From assembly GCA_044507735.1 (NCBI GenBank), contig JBIQJB010000002.1, positions 32,001 through 96,000 of the forward strand: 64,000 nucleotides of DNA, read 5' to 3'. How positions within the stretch are numbered: position 1 is the first letter of the stretch; each line of letters starts with the position of its first letter. The position numbers and the translations under genes were made by a program. The notes under the pieces are model-generated. The model did no database searches. It worked only from the letters and a program-made list of their open reading frames with translations, and was not told where the DNA came from. Shown one piece after another: positions 52,646-61,955 of the stretch. This stretch comes from Nitrosopumilales archaeon. GTDB taxonomy: Archaea; Thermoproteota; Nitrososphaeria; Nitrososphaerales; Nitrososphaeraceae.

Positions 52646-53696
52646 TGAATTTGACAGCCGTCTTTGACATGACATAAGAAGCTTGCAATGCGTTTGCCTT
52701 GTCACTTTTAGCATCTTCAAAGAATAAGAAATTTCTTTCTTTAGGCAGTTTATCATAAGCAGTCTCAACAACAGCTTTGCATTCTTCAGTTGGGTACTTG
52801 ACCCACCACTTACCTTCTTTGCAAAGATACCAATCTCCTCTTTTTGTTTTGGATTCAAACTGTTCCACTCTAAACAGTGGTGAAAATGCAATCCTATCCC
52901 AGCTCATTGACGACATTGCAAACGCCCTAGCTCCAGTATGCAAGTTGATGTTCATGAAGCTCCAAGATTCCCAGTCTTTTTCATTTTCAAGTTTTCTGTT
53001 TATCTTGTCTATCTGATCCGGTGTAAGCAGAATATCTTTGTACTCTCCTAATCTTTCCGGCGTAGTTGAAAGCCCGTACCTTTTGCCTTCGCCATGAGCA
53101 AAGTTGATGCTATGAGCTGATAGGAAACTCCGGTAAGCATTAATGGTATTTGTCTTTTGCATTTGAGGGTATGCTGTATTGAACCATGCAAGGAAATTCT
53201 GCCAGTATTCTATAGCTAGCTCCTTTCTCTTTGTCGCATCTATCGGTACGCCATAGCTAATGATAGTCTCTGGCATCACCTTTAGCTGGTTCGACATTCC
53301 ATGTATGACATTTACAAGATGGTTGATTCTGCTAGCTGGTATTGCGCCTGATTTGAGAAATGTTATCCATTTCTGAATCGATGGCAGTTGATTGAACGGT
53401 TCACTGTCTAATCTTTGATATTGCTGCTCTAGTTGCTTTTGGAGTGAGATGACTATATTGCCGTTAGCATCGCGCTTTATTCCCCACTTTCGTTCTGCCT
53501 CCATCTCTGACAAATACCGCGATATGGTACTGTGGTCTTTGCCAATGTCAACACCGATATCTCTAGTTGTATAGTTGCCATTTTGGATGCTGATTGCAAT
53601 AGCCTCTTTGATCTTCTCTCTATTCTTGACTTTTAATCCCTTGACCCTTAAGCGGCTCTTTCTTGTCTGTACTTTGGCATTAAGTATCTGAGCCAC
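52614..53696 (-). pseudogene. HTH plus tyrosine recombinase, C-terminally truncated
   Basis: TTRDIGVDIGKDHSTISRYL HTH; LLTPDQI, LHTGAR (catalytic Arg), ESKTK (Lys); ends before HxxR and Tyr. Confidence 0.8.
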
Positions 53697-54410
53697 TAGC
53701 CAGACAACCTCTCAATTGCAAAGTTACCTAGAACTGTCAGAAGCAGTGACGTGGTAGGGGGATAGATATACCATATAACAAATAATAAAGTCGGAAAAAT
53801 TGTTAGTAATACTTGATAATTGCTGAAGTAAAAGTTCAGCAAAGGTATATTTTCAGGGCTAATCCGAAGTTTCGCGCCTATGCAACAAGTTATGCAACGC
53901 TTTTGGTGCATTAGACGCTCGTAGGAAACGATATTCTCAAATAATTATTAAAGTGTGTCGCCCCCGTCGCCATATTGGATGACGGAAAAAACGTCATTTG
54001 TTAATGTTTCCAGCACTGGATATTGATGCCATCTGCAGAATTACGGCTAAAATAATGCATGTTTTCGAACATCTCGTACTCATTTCAGCTTCATTCACCA
54101 AGTCGTGTGGTCAGCATGTTTCTTCGCCTGAATGTCTTTGCCGAGCAGCACTTCACAGAAAACCTGCAGGACGCACTCTGTTTGTATGTTCAGACGGGGA
54201 TCGTACATTCTGCCTCTTTTTGCATCACCGGTCTTGCATGTGGATCAGTCTTGTTATTCTGACAATGAGACTGCGAGTTATTCTTTTACTATATCTACAG
54301 GGGAACTCGACAAAATTGCCGTTGTTCCTAGCTGCATGTTCTCTTGAAGCTGACGTGGAGTTGGCATTATCTCTATCTGTTGATTTGTCATCGGTTGTTG
54401 GCCGTCAAAT

Positions 54411-55334
54411 GTGGATTATCCGAACGCGAGTATTTGGCAAAGTTTTAATAAAATCATGTATCCTCTCCAAAGATGGATGCCGCAGCGCCAGATTCTTACC
54501 AGACCTGTGGCTGCGCCTTTTGTGAAGTGGGCTGGTGGCAAGACCCAGCTCCTTACAAAACTTGATGCGTTCGTTCCTGATTTTGACAGGTACTTTGAAC
54601 CCTTCCTTGGCGGCGGCGCCTTCTTTTTCCATCTTGCTTCACGGCTTGATTTTACTGCACACCTTTCTGACGCGAACAGCGAGCTCGTCAATGCTTACAA
54701 TGTCGTGAAAAACAACGTTGAAGAGCTGATCGCAGCGCTTGAAAGACACGAAAAGGGATATCGTAAGAATCGTGTACGCTATTACTACAGGCTCAGGTCA
54801 GAGCAGCCGTCTGACAAGATAGAAGCAGCTGCCAGGTTCATTGCATTGAACAAGACCTGCTACAACGGCCTCTACAGGGTGAATCGGAGCGGCAGGTTCA
54901 ACGTGCCGATGGGGAGGTACAACAATCCAACGATCTGTGACAGAGACCAATTGCTCAAAGCCAGCGCGGCCCTAAACTACTCTGATGCCATGATCATCGT
55001 GGCAGACTATAAGCACATATTGAGAAAGACACGCGCTGGTGACTTTGTCTATCTCGATCCTCCCTTTATGCCGCTCAGCCGCACGGCAAACTTTGTCGAA
55101 TACACAAAGGACGGCTTTGGCGAAAAAGACCAGAAGGAATTGGCAGCAGCTTTTCGAGAGCTGGACAAGAAAGGCTGTAAAGTGCTTCTTAGCAATTCAG
55201 ACACTGAGCTTGTGCGCCAGCTTTATTCTGAGTTTGTGCAGAGTCAGGCGCGAGTTGTCAGAGCGATTAGTTGCAAGGGCTCTATGCGCACAGGATATAG
55301 CGAGCTCTTGGTCAGTAATTACTATCCTGTCTAG
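54411..55334 (+). CDS. dam: Dam-family DNA adenine methyltransferase (orphan)
   Basis: KWAGGK, YFEPFLGGG, NKTCYNGLYRVN..G.FNVP.G, VYLDPPF, LSNS; true start probably 54458-54476. Confidence 0.93.
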   Translation: MDYPNASIWQSFNKIMYPLQRWMPQRQILTRPVAAPFVKWAGGKTQLLTKLDAFVPDFDRYFEPFLGGGAFFFHLASRLDFTAHLSDANSELVNAYNVVKNNVEELIAALERHEKGYRKNRVRYYYRLRSEQPSDKIEAAARFIALNKTCYNGLYRVNRSGRFNVPMGRYNNPTICDRDQLLKASAALNYSDAMIIVADYKHILRKTRAGDFVYLDPPFMPLSRTANFVEYTKDGFGEKDQKELAAAFRELDKKGCKVLLSNSDTELVRQLYSEFVQSQARVVRAISCKGSMRTGYSELLVSNYYPV

Positions 55335-55383
55335 ATGGCAGCGAACCATTTTCTCCAATCTTTATAGCAGATGAATCGCCGCG

Positions 55384-55809
55384 ATGTGCATGGCAGGAGG
55401 AGAGGGCCCGGCAATTTTGTGGAAGGAGCTAAAGGGAAAGCAAGTCCGTACAAACGACGGCAAGGACCTGGGAGAAATAAAAGATATTGCGGAGAATTAT
55501 GTCCGGCTTGAAAAAGGCACGGTGAACAAAGAAAAGTACTGGATTCCAAAGTATGTCGCCGACGCGTATGATGGCAAGGTTCTTTGGCTTCTAATCAGCA
55601 GTGACGATGTTGCAAAGGGATATTCCTACACCTCACATCCTGAGAGGGAGCAGTATTCTAGGGGACTTGAATCATTCAAGACGACGCGATACGGGCAGAA
55701 GGCAGTCTACCTGCCTGATTTTGATCAAAAGGTGCGGATAGCAGAAGAAAGAGCTGAAGGGACTGAAGAGGCTGAAGGAAGCTATCGCAACATCCGCGAT
55801 TTGGAATAG
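55384..55809 (+). CDS. PRC-barrel/DUF2171-like protein
   Basis: GKQVRTNDGKDLGEI...KYWIPK...YDG. Confidence 0.75.
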   Translation: MCMAGGEGPAILWKELKGKQVRTNDGKDLGEIKDIAENYVRLEKGTVNKEKYWIPKYVADAYDGKVLWLLISSDDVAKGYSYTSHPEREQYSRGLESFKTTRYGQKAVYLPDFDQKVRIAEERAEGTEEAEGSYRNIRDLE

Positions 55810-56002
55810 TGGTCAGCAGCAAGGATCAGCAAACAAAACAGCTTGCGGTCCTCTGTTACCTGAATAAATATCAAGGAGGTTCATGGCGTGAGCCACCTGA
55901 AGGGATCTGATGGTGATTACGCCCAACTATGCTTCTTGTTGGACACAGGAAATACAACGTAACATATCATATTATAACGAGAGAGTCGAACTAATAGTCA
56001 AA

Positions 56003-56641
56003 ATGGCGACATTTCCAGCATATGGCATGGCGGGGATAGGCATTGCAGCAGCCATAGGATTTGTATTTGCCCTAACACTTCTGAGTAGCAACCCTGCGGT
56101 AAACCCAGAACTCACCAATCAGCCTCAAGATGATGCTACTTCTTTTAGACAAGCGAATGAGCCCGACAGTAGCGCGAAGGAAAAGAGCAACACTTCGGAG
56201 CTGGTAGACGGTGAAGGAGGGTCGGCTCAACTGATGATGCAGCAGGATGGGGGTATCAATGTGCCCCCTGCGCTTGCGTCAATTACTGCTCTGGATGCTG
56301 GCACTGGGCAACTGATTGGCGAAGTTGCGCCAGGAATGGTGCTTGATGCAAATCAGACGGTGATCATCAGGGCCAACTTTGTAAACCAGAATGCAGTCGC
56401 AAACCATCTGATTACGCTAGCAATCAGCAAGAACGACACTTACAATTCACAATCTGTGTATGATAAGGCGGCCAATCTCCGTGGGAACATTGGTGCTGAC
56501 AGCAATCTCATGTTAGAATTGTATTGGAATCCTTCCACTGCTGGTGGATATACCGTGATTCTGTTGACTACAGATGCAGACGGATCTGAGGAGCCCATAG
56601 CGGAAATACCAATAAGAGTTGTCGAAGCTGTCACGGGTTAG
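56003..56641 (+). CDS. Membrane-anchored protein with C-terminal Ig-like domain
   Basis: Probable start MATFPAY at 56003; one TM; WNPSTAGGYTV. Confidence 0.7.
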   Translation: MATFPAYGMAGIGIAAAIGFVFALTLLSSNPAVNPELTNQPQDDATSFRQANEPDSSAKEKSNTSELVDGEGGSAQLMMQQDGGINVPPALASITALDAGTGQLIGEVAPGMVLDANQTVIIRANFVNQNAVANHLITLAISKNDTYNSQSVYDKAANLRGNIGADSNLMLELYWNPSTAGGYTVILLTTDADGSEEPIAEIPIRVVEAVTG

Positions 56642-56932
56642 CACTTGGTAAAGTGTGTGTGACCATGAACACCGGATAAAGAGCACAACATGAAGTTCCA
56701 AGGTCGAAAGGAAACTGCGACCCTGTATGGCTGGAAGTAAAAGAATGGGACCTTCTATTTGAAATAGGTTGACGTTTGGACATGATTCGGAAATGCTCGC
56801 ACCGCGACGCTTGCTTATGCTGGAACTGGCGTTCAATCATGCGCTGCACAAATGTTGGATTTTCTCTCTCTATCTTTCACTTGCAGTAATGTCTGATGAT
56901 TCCGACAGAGCCCTGATTGAACATCAAAAAAG

Positions 56933-57061
56933 CGCCGGGAGAGGGACTCGAACCCTCGAGTCCCGAAGGACATCAGCTAGCACGTCATACCCTGCACCTA
57001 TGATCTCGAGGCTGACCCCTTTTAGGGCCTACCGTGACTTACCTAGCTTGGGTACCCCGGC
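56933..57061 (-). tRNA. tRNA-Ser(CGA) with two introns (D-loop 57021-57039; anticodon-loop 37/38 at 56979-57004)
   Basis: Acceptor GCCGGGG/TCCCGGC, anticodon arm TCAGC-CTCGAG^A-GCTGA, long variable arm GTCCTTCGGGAC, T-loop GTTCGAG; both inserts form BHB-type motifs; spliced length 84 nt. Confidence 0.92.
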
Positions 57062-57263
57062 GCGATTGTTTTGCAGATCCATTGCAATTTATGCCTTTAT
57101 CATTCAAGCTAAGAAGTAAAGTCAGCCCGGTCATTCTGACATTCCTTCTCCCTGATGCCTACACGTGATGATTTTTCCCGGAGGAACGTACGCAGAGTCA
57201 CTGCAGTCGGGCCGTATCAGTACGTGATTCCATGATTAGATGAAGAGATGGTCCCATTTGGAT

Positions 57264-57381
57264 ATTACAGAACTTCTTTTGGGAGGTAGTTCTCACGAAA
57301 AACGCATACAAGTACCTGCCATTACAGAACCGTGCTTCTGGGACGGTAACTCTCGGAACGCACGTACACCCTTCCTACCTG
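57264..57381. repeat. Degenerate tandem duplication, period 57 nt
   Basis: ATTACAGAAC at 57264 and 57321, each followed by TT(T/C)TGGGA(C)GGTA..TCTC...AACGCA...TACCTG. Confidence 0.7.
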
Positions 57382-57435
57382 AGCAAATCTTTTCATGCTC
57401 AAAAATTATATAATGATGCCGGAGCAATAACCCTT

Positions 57436-57867
57436 GTGCTGGCGACATCATCAGGAACACCTTCGATCGAGGCAGTAAGAAAGTTATCCATGTCTGACAT
57501 TGCTATTGCCGCAGGGCTCTCAGACGAGCTCCGAGACAGGCTCCGCAATTACGTACACATCGATCCATTCACCATGCCTGACCCATTTGGCGAAAAGGAT
57601 GACTACACCTACATGGCAATACTCGACAGGGAGAACCTTGCGAGGGTGGTGGCGATAGTTGCCAACAAGAAGGAGAGCCTTCCTCAGTTGCCCTGGTCCA
57701 ACATTCTGGGCGAGCGATTGGCCAAGGTGTCGCTGTCAAAGGAAGACGCTAAAAGTCTAAAGCACGAGTTGATGCCAAAGGAAACCAACAACTTTTACCC
57801 GTACCGCCGAAACGGCAAGGTATCAGGGTACGTCATGTTCGCATTCCAGATCTGTGGCCAACGCTAG
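57436..57867 (+). CDS. Conserved-looking hypothetical protein
   Basis: 143-aa ORF with TTATATAA about 25 nt upstream. Confidence 0.75.
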   Translation: MLATSSGTPSIEAVRKLSMSDIAIAAGLSDELRDRLRNYVHIDPFTMPDPFGEKDDYTYMAILDRENLARVVAIVANKKESLPQLPWSNILGERLAKVSLSKEDAKSLKHELMPKETNNFYPYRRNGKVSGYVMFAFQICGQR

Positions 57868-58146
57868 CTAGTCGCGCAGTTCAACGACCGCTATTTCCTT
57901 GAATTGCCTTACCATCTGCTCAAGTGATTTGCGGACCTCATTCTCGTCGCCGCTCGAAATGCGGAGCACTTCAAGCAGGAGATCGTCAAAACTGATTCCG
58001 TTGCACATGTTCCACAATGAGACCGCTGTATCATTAACTCTGTAAGCTTCGCCCTTGTAGTTTATCAAGAGCGGAGTGCCGTCGGAATCGTTGCCCACTT
58101 CGCCCCTCCTGTAAATAAACTTGCTGCTCTCCCTCTTTAACAACAT
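57868..58146 (-). CDS. PqqD/RRE family protein
   Basis: AYRVNDTAVSLWNMCNG.SFDDLL...VRKSLEQMVRQF. Confidence 0.75.
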   Translation of the reverse strand: MLLKRESSKFIYRRGEVGNDSDGTPLLINYKGEAYRVNDTAVSLWNMCNGISFDDLLLEVLRISSGDENEVRKSLEQMVRQFKEIAVVELRD

Positions 58147-58170
58147 GGCGTCGTCAAGCTGAGACGTCTT

Positions 58171-58671
58171 ATGCGCGCCGGCTTATTATCCATATCTGAA
58201 GGTTCTATTAGAACAACTGTTCCCAATCTTAAAATAAGTCATAGCCGGATTTTTTTGCTATTGTTTGGCAAACGGGAGAGGGTGCAGAGGAAGATAATGA
58301 TCACCAGAAAGGCCGCCGACGGGATCATCACCTGGTCAAAGACGCACCACCCAAACGAAGCGATACTGGTCTTGCAAGGCAGAACTACAAGAGACCAGAT
58401 CATTGTCGACGGCTTGGTTATCCCGCCCTTTGCAGAATCCGGCCCCTTCTACTCCGGGTTTGCGCTGCATGATCTCCCCTACACAATCCCGCACGTGGGC
58501 ACCGCTCACTCTCACCCAAGCGGCTCCAATGAGCCATCGCTTGAAGACCTCCATTACTTTACCGGATACGTATCAATCATAATCCACCACCCCTATGAGG
58601 ACGAGACCATGGCCGCGTACGACAGGAATGGCAAAAAGCTGGAAATCATGATAGTTGATTCTATCCAATGA
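58171..58671 (+). CDS. JAB/MPN+ (Mov34) metalloprotease
   Basis: PNEA...GTAHSHPSGSNEPSLEDL JAMM motif; true start probably later. Confidence 0.9.
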   Translation: MRAGLLSISEGSIRTTVPNLKISHSRIFLLLFGKRERVQRKIMITRKAADGIITWSKTHHPNEAILVLQGRTTRDQIIVDGLVIPPFAESGPFYSGFALHDLPYTIPHVGTAHSHPSGSNEPSLEDLHYFTGYVSIIIHHPYEDETMAAYDRNGKKLEIMIVDSIQ

Positions 58672-58696
58672 TGACAACTGGCTCTCTCTAGTTATC

Positions 58697-58909
58697 TCAT
58701 TTTCTGCGAGTAAAGTCTAGTTCGACGCCTCGTTTTGGATCATTGATAAAGATGAATGCCTCATCAGGCATGATGGGGAAACTGGAAAGGACAGAGGAAG
58801 AGCATATCGGACACTTGTCAGCCAACTTGGTCTTGTCGAGGTACGTCACGCACCAGTGGCACATCTCGCATAGCATAAAGATTGATGGAACAGCTACGCC
58901 CTTTTGCAA
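58697..58909 (-). CDS. Small zinc-ribbon protein
   Basis: LCEMCHWC...CPIC...SSFPI...RGVELDF. Confidence 0.75.
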   Translation of the reverse strand: MQKGVAVPSIFMLCEMCHWCVTYLDKTKLADKCPICSSSVLSSFPIMPDEAFIFINDPKRGVELDFTRRK

Positions 58910-58995
58910 TGTATTGTTATGGAAAAAGGTAGTTAATTACATTTTATAGCCCACACTGGAAAACTTAATAAAAGAACAACTCCAAGAATCAATGT

Positions 58996-59301
58996 TTGAA
59001 CTGGATAGGTCAGCAGATGGCATGGATAATGATATCCCTTGCCATAAGTCTAACTTTAACATATTTCCTGGGATGGTGGGGACTTATCCCTGCGATTGCA
59101 ATTTTCATAGGAATTTCGTACTATATGCGTAGGCGCGCAATGGCCCGCATGGGAATGGGCGGCGGTGGCGTGGGCTTTGGTGGCATGCTTGGCGGAGGTG
59201 GAGGTGGAGGCGTCAACTACATCTGCATCGCATGCGGTCACAGGTTTAAAGGTGGCTCATGCCCTCGCTGTGGATCAAAGATGAAGAAGGCAGATTTCTA
59301 G
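58996..59301 (+). CDS. Two-TM protein with Gly-rich linker and C-terminal zinc ribbon
   Basis: Two TMs, poly-Gly, YICIACG...CPRCGS. Confidence 0.8.
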   Translation: MNWIGQQMAWIMISLAISLTLTYFLGWWGLIPAIAIFIGISYYMRRRAMARMGMGGGGVGFGGMLGGGGGGGVNYICIACGHRFKGGSCPRCGSKMKKADF

Positions 59302-59310
59302 CAGGACGAT

Positions 59311-59625
59311 ATGACCCTAGAAGAACTACGCCAAAAAGCATTTTTCCAAAATACTATAGACGTGTGGATAATGTACTGCTCTGAACGCAACTGGGACTGG
59401 TACAACATTGACGAATACATGAAATTCATCAACCACCTAAGCTCTAAAGGCATCAAGATGCAGAAGTTCCCCTTGTGCATAAAAGAATCAGGAGGTATGT
59501 ACGAGCGTGGAAAGGACAAGGCTCAGTTTCTGGATATGCTCTCGAAAATACCGTCGGACGACGCTGCTGCGTATACGATCAAGCTTAGCGGCGATGTGAT
59601 GGAAGCTATACGCTCGTTCAAATAA
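59311..59625 (+). CDS. Hypothetical protein
   Basis: 104-aa ORF 9 nt after the previous stop. Confidence 0.75.
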   Translation: MTLEELRQKAFFQNTIDVWIMYCSERNWDWYNIDEYMKFINHLSSKGIKMQKFPLCIKESGGMYERGKDKAQFLDMLSKIPSDDAAAYTIKLSGDVMEAIRSFK

Positions 59626-59690
59626 GTACCCTGGTCTAGAATATTTCAGCTCGTAGGCACCACAATTTAGCAGGAACATCTAATACCCTT

Positions 59691-60446
59691 TTGCGGCAAT
59701 CACGACGCAGAGTGATAGATGAAGAGCTGCCTGTTGGTGTACAAGAAGAGCAAGTGAGCGAGCCAGCTGATGCTGCAACAGCAGTAGTCGAAAGGACGGC
59801 CAAAAGCGAGCTCCTCTTTGATAGCATCGTGGGGTATAACGACGTTAAGAAGCTTTTTCAGATGTCTTTGTCTTCGGAAAAGCCCGTGCATATCCTGCTT
59901 GTTGGTCCTCCGGCGTCCGCCAAGACCTTGTTCATGCTAGAATGTATGAAGCTCGAGCGCTCGTACTTTACGCTTGGGAGCCACAGCACGAAATCCGGCA
60001 TGCTCGAATACCTGTTTGAAAAACGGCCTCGCTATCTCATCGTTGACGAAATAGAGCACATGCCCATGAAGGACCAGACGGCTCTGCTGAGCCTGATGGA
60101 GACAGGAATTGTATCTGAAACAAAATTCCAAAAGACTCGTAGCACACAGCTAAAGACATGGGTATTTGCCACGAGTAACGGCACTGATAGGATGCTCACC
60201 CCTCTTCTATCCCGGTTTGTAGTTCTGCATTTCAAGCAGTATTCATTTGGATCATTCCAGGAAGTTTGCACACACATCCTTGGCCGCGAGGGAGTCTCCA
60301 CAGATGTGGCAGCGGCCATAGCCGACGCCGTATGGACCAAACTAAAGTCAAAAGACATCCGTGATTGCATCAAGATAGGCCGGCTAGCAAAGACGAAGGA
60401 AGATGTCGAATGGATAGCTCAGACGTTAAGGGCATACAAGCGCTGA
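59691..60446 (+). CDS. AAA+ ATPase (RuvB/MCM-like single domain)
   Basis: FDSIVG, GPPASAKT Walker A, LIVDEIE Walker B, ATSN, PLLSRF. Confidence 0.9.
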   Translation: MRQSRRRVIDEELPVGVQEEQVSEPADAATAVVERTAKSELLFDSIVGYNDVKKLFQMSLSSEKPVHILLVGPPASAKTLFMLECMKLERSYFTLGSHSTKSGMLEYLFEKRPRYLIVDEIEHMPMKDQTALLSLMETGIVSETKFQKTRSTQLKTWVFATSNGTDRMLTPLLSRFVVLHFKQYSFGSFQEVCTHILGREGVSTDVAAAIADAVWTKLKSKDIRDCIKIGRLAKTKEDVEWIAQTLRAYKR

Positions 60447-60824
60447 TCATTTCTTGCCGCCGATTATTGCTTGCAAGCTGTGATAAAGAGGCTTCAGGCT
60501 GGACGGCGAACCGCGAATTTCAAGTTTCATGGTCCCCTGTATAGAGATTACCGCCAAACGAAAGAACATTCCTCTTTCAAGGTACTTCAGCCCATGAAGC
60601 ATGTCAAGCCTTTCACTGACAATATCGTCTGACTTTACAAATGTGCCTCTGCGAGCATACAGAATCAGCCTTTGATCAGTTACAAGCACCCTGTATTTCT
60701 TATCACCATATTCTACGATTTCGTCGTCGCTCGAAAACCGGATATTCTCTGCAGGAAGCAAAAAGTCGTCAAGCACCATGTATGGCCAGACGTCTCCGGG
60801 TAGTAATTTATTGGAAGGTGTCAT
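60447..60824 (-). CDS. PH-domain (bPH-like) protein
   Basis: VLVTDQRLILY...ERGMFF. Confidence 0.7.
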   Translation of the reverse strand: MTPSNKLLPGDVWPYMVLDDFLLPAENIRFSSDDEIVEYGDKKYRVLVTDQRLILYARRGTFVKSDDIVSERLDMLHGLKYLERGMFFRLAVISIQGTMKLEIRGSPSSLKPLYHSLQAIIGGKK

Positions 60825-60929
60825 GCTTGTTTAGCTTTAAACAAAAGTTTTGTAAATGCTAGCAGCCTCTATTGGCAAGAAAGGTTAAAAGTTTTTGTGG
60901 TTGTGGTTTCCACCGGATAGTGGTATCAG

Positions 60930-61955
60930 ATGGGACTAGACCTCAAGCCGCTTGTCACGGCTTCGCCTCTGAAGCTCCAGGAGCTGGCAGGCAAGACAGT
61001 TGCTGTAGACGCATACAACACCATCTATCAGTTCCTAAGCATCATAAGAGGACCGACGGGAGAGCCACTCACTAACAGCAAGGGTGAAATAACTAGCCAC
61101 TTGAGCGGGCTCTTTTATAGAAATGCCAACTTGTTGATGGAAAACATCATGCCGGTCTATGTTTTCGATGGCAAGGCAAATGAGCTCAAGATGGCCGAGA
61201 TACATAGAAGGAGCCAGCTCAAGAAAGAAGCTACAGAAAAGTACCAGCTTGCGTTGGAGGAGGGCAGAATTGAAGATGCTCGCAAGTATGGGATGCGCAC
61301 TTCTGTCCTTAACGACAAGATGGTTGAAGAATCCAAGAGGCTGCTTTCCATATTGGGTATCCCTCACATCCAAGCGCCATCTGATGGCGAAGCGGCAGCT
61401 GCCTACCTTACAAAGCAGGGCTTGGTCTACGCCGCAGCAAGTCAGGATTATGATTCGATCCTTTTTGGTGCCGCTAGGTTGGTGCGCAATTTGGCTATTA
61501 GTGGGAAGCGCAAGGTGCCAAACCGCAATGTCTACGTCGATATCGAACCTGAAATATTCGAACATGACAAGGTGTTACAAGAGGTCGGACTGACGCATGA
61601 GCAGCTGGTGGATGTAGGAATACTGATTGGAACTGACTTTAATCCTGGCGGATTTCCGGGGATTGGGCCGAAAACGGCCCTCAAACTGATAAAAGAAAAC
61701 GGCAGGCTGGAGAATGTGGAAAAAATCAAAGATCTCCTTCCGCAGGTTCCGTACCAAGAGATCCGCAAGATCTTCCTCAACCCAGAGGTCCCACAAGTTG
61801 ACAAGATAGAGTTTGGGGATGTGAACCGCGAGAAGGTGCTGGATTTTCTATGTGTGGAAAAGAGCTTCTCTGCAGACAGAGTGAGCGGAACGCTGGACAA
61901 ACTGCAAAAGTCAGTGGCAAACAGAAGTCAGTCACTCGAACAGTGGTTTGGCTAG
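60930..61955 (+). CDS. fen: Flap endonuclease 1
   Basis: AVDAYNTIYQFL, TSHLSG, VFDG, SQDYDS, GTDFN, GIGPK, PIP box QSLEQWF. Confidence 0.98.
   Translation: MGLDLKPLVTASPLKLQELAGKTVAVDAYNTIYQFLSIIRGPTGEPLTNSKGEITSHLSGLFYRNANLLMENIMPVYVFDGKANELKMAEIHRRSQLKKEATEKYQLALEEGRIEDARKYGMRTSVLNDKMVEESKRLLSILGIPHIQAPSDGEAAAAYLTKQGLVYAAASQDYDSILFGAARLVRNLAISGKRKVPNRNVYVDIEPEIFEHDKVLQEVGLTHEQLVDVGILIGTDFNPGGFPGIGPKTALKLIKENGRLENVEKIKDLLPQVPYQEIRKIFLNPEVPQVDKIEFGDVNREKVLDFLCVEKSFSADRVSGTLDKLQKSVANRSQSLEQWFG

Larger units (their letters stand above)
48834..53899. mobile_element. Putative decaying tyrosine-recombinase element
   Basis: CGTTGCATAAC (48834-44) and GTTATGCAACG (53889-99) are an exact inverted pair bracketing a visibly AT-richer block that ends in a recombinase gene. 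Confidence 0.55.

Noticed and set aside
52646-52891. N-terminal part of the 546-aa track ORF
   Set aside because: Alternative frame of the recombinase gene, not a real protease N-terminus.
53998-54525. 175-aa plus-strand ORF
   Set aside because: Atypical composition, overlaps the dam start, no motif.
57140-57175. CTGATGCCTAC resembling the 3' end of a fluoride riboswitch
   Set aside because: The 5' GGxGATGG element and pairing partner are missing.
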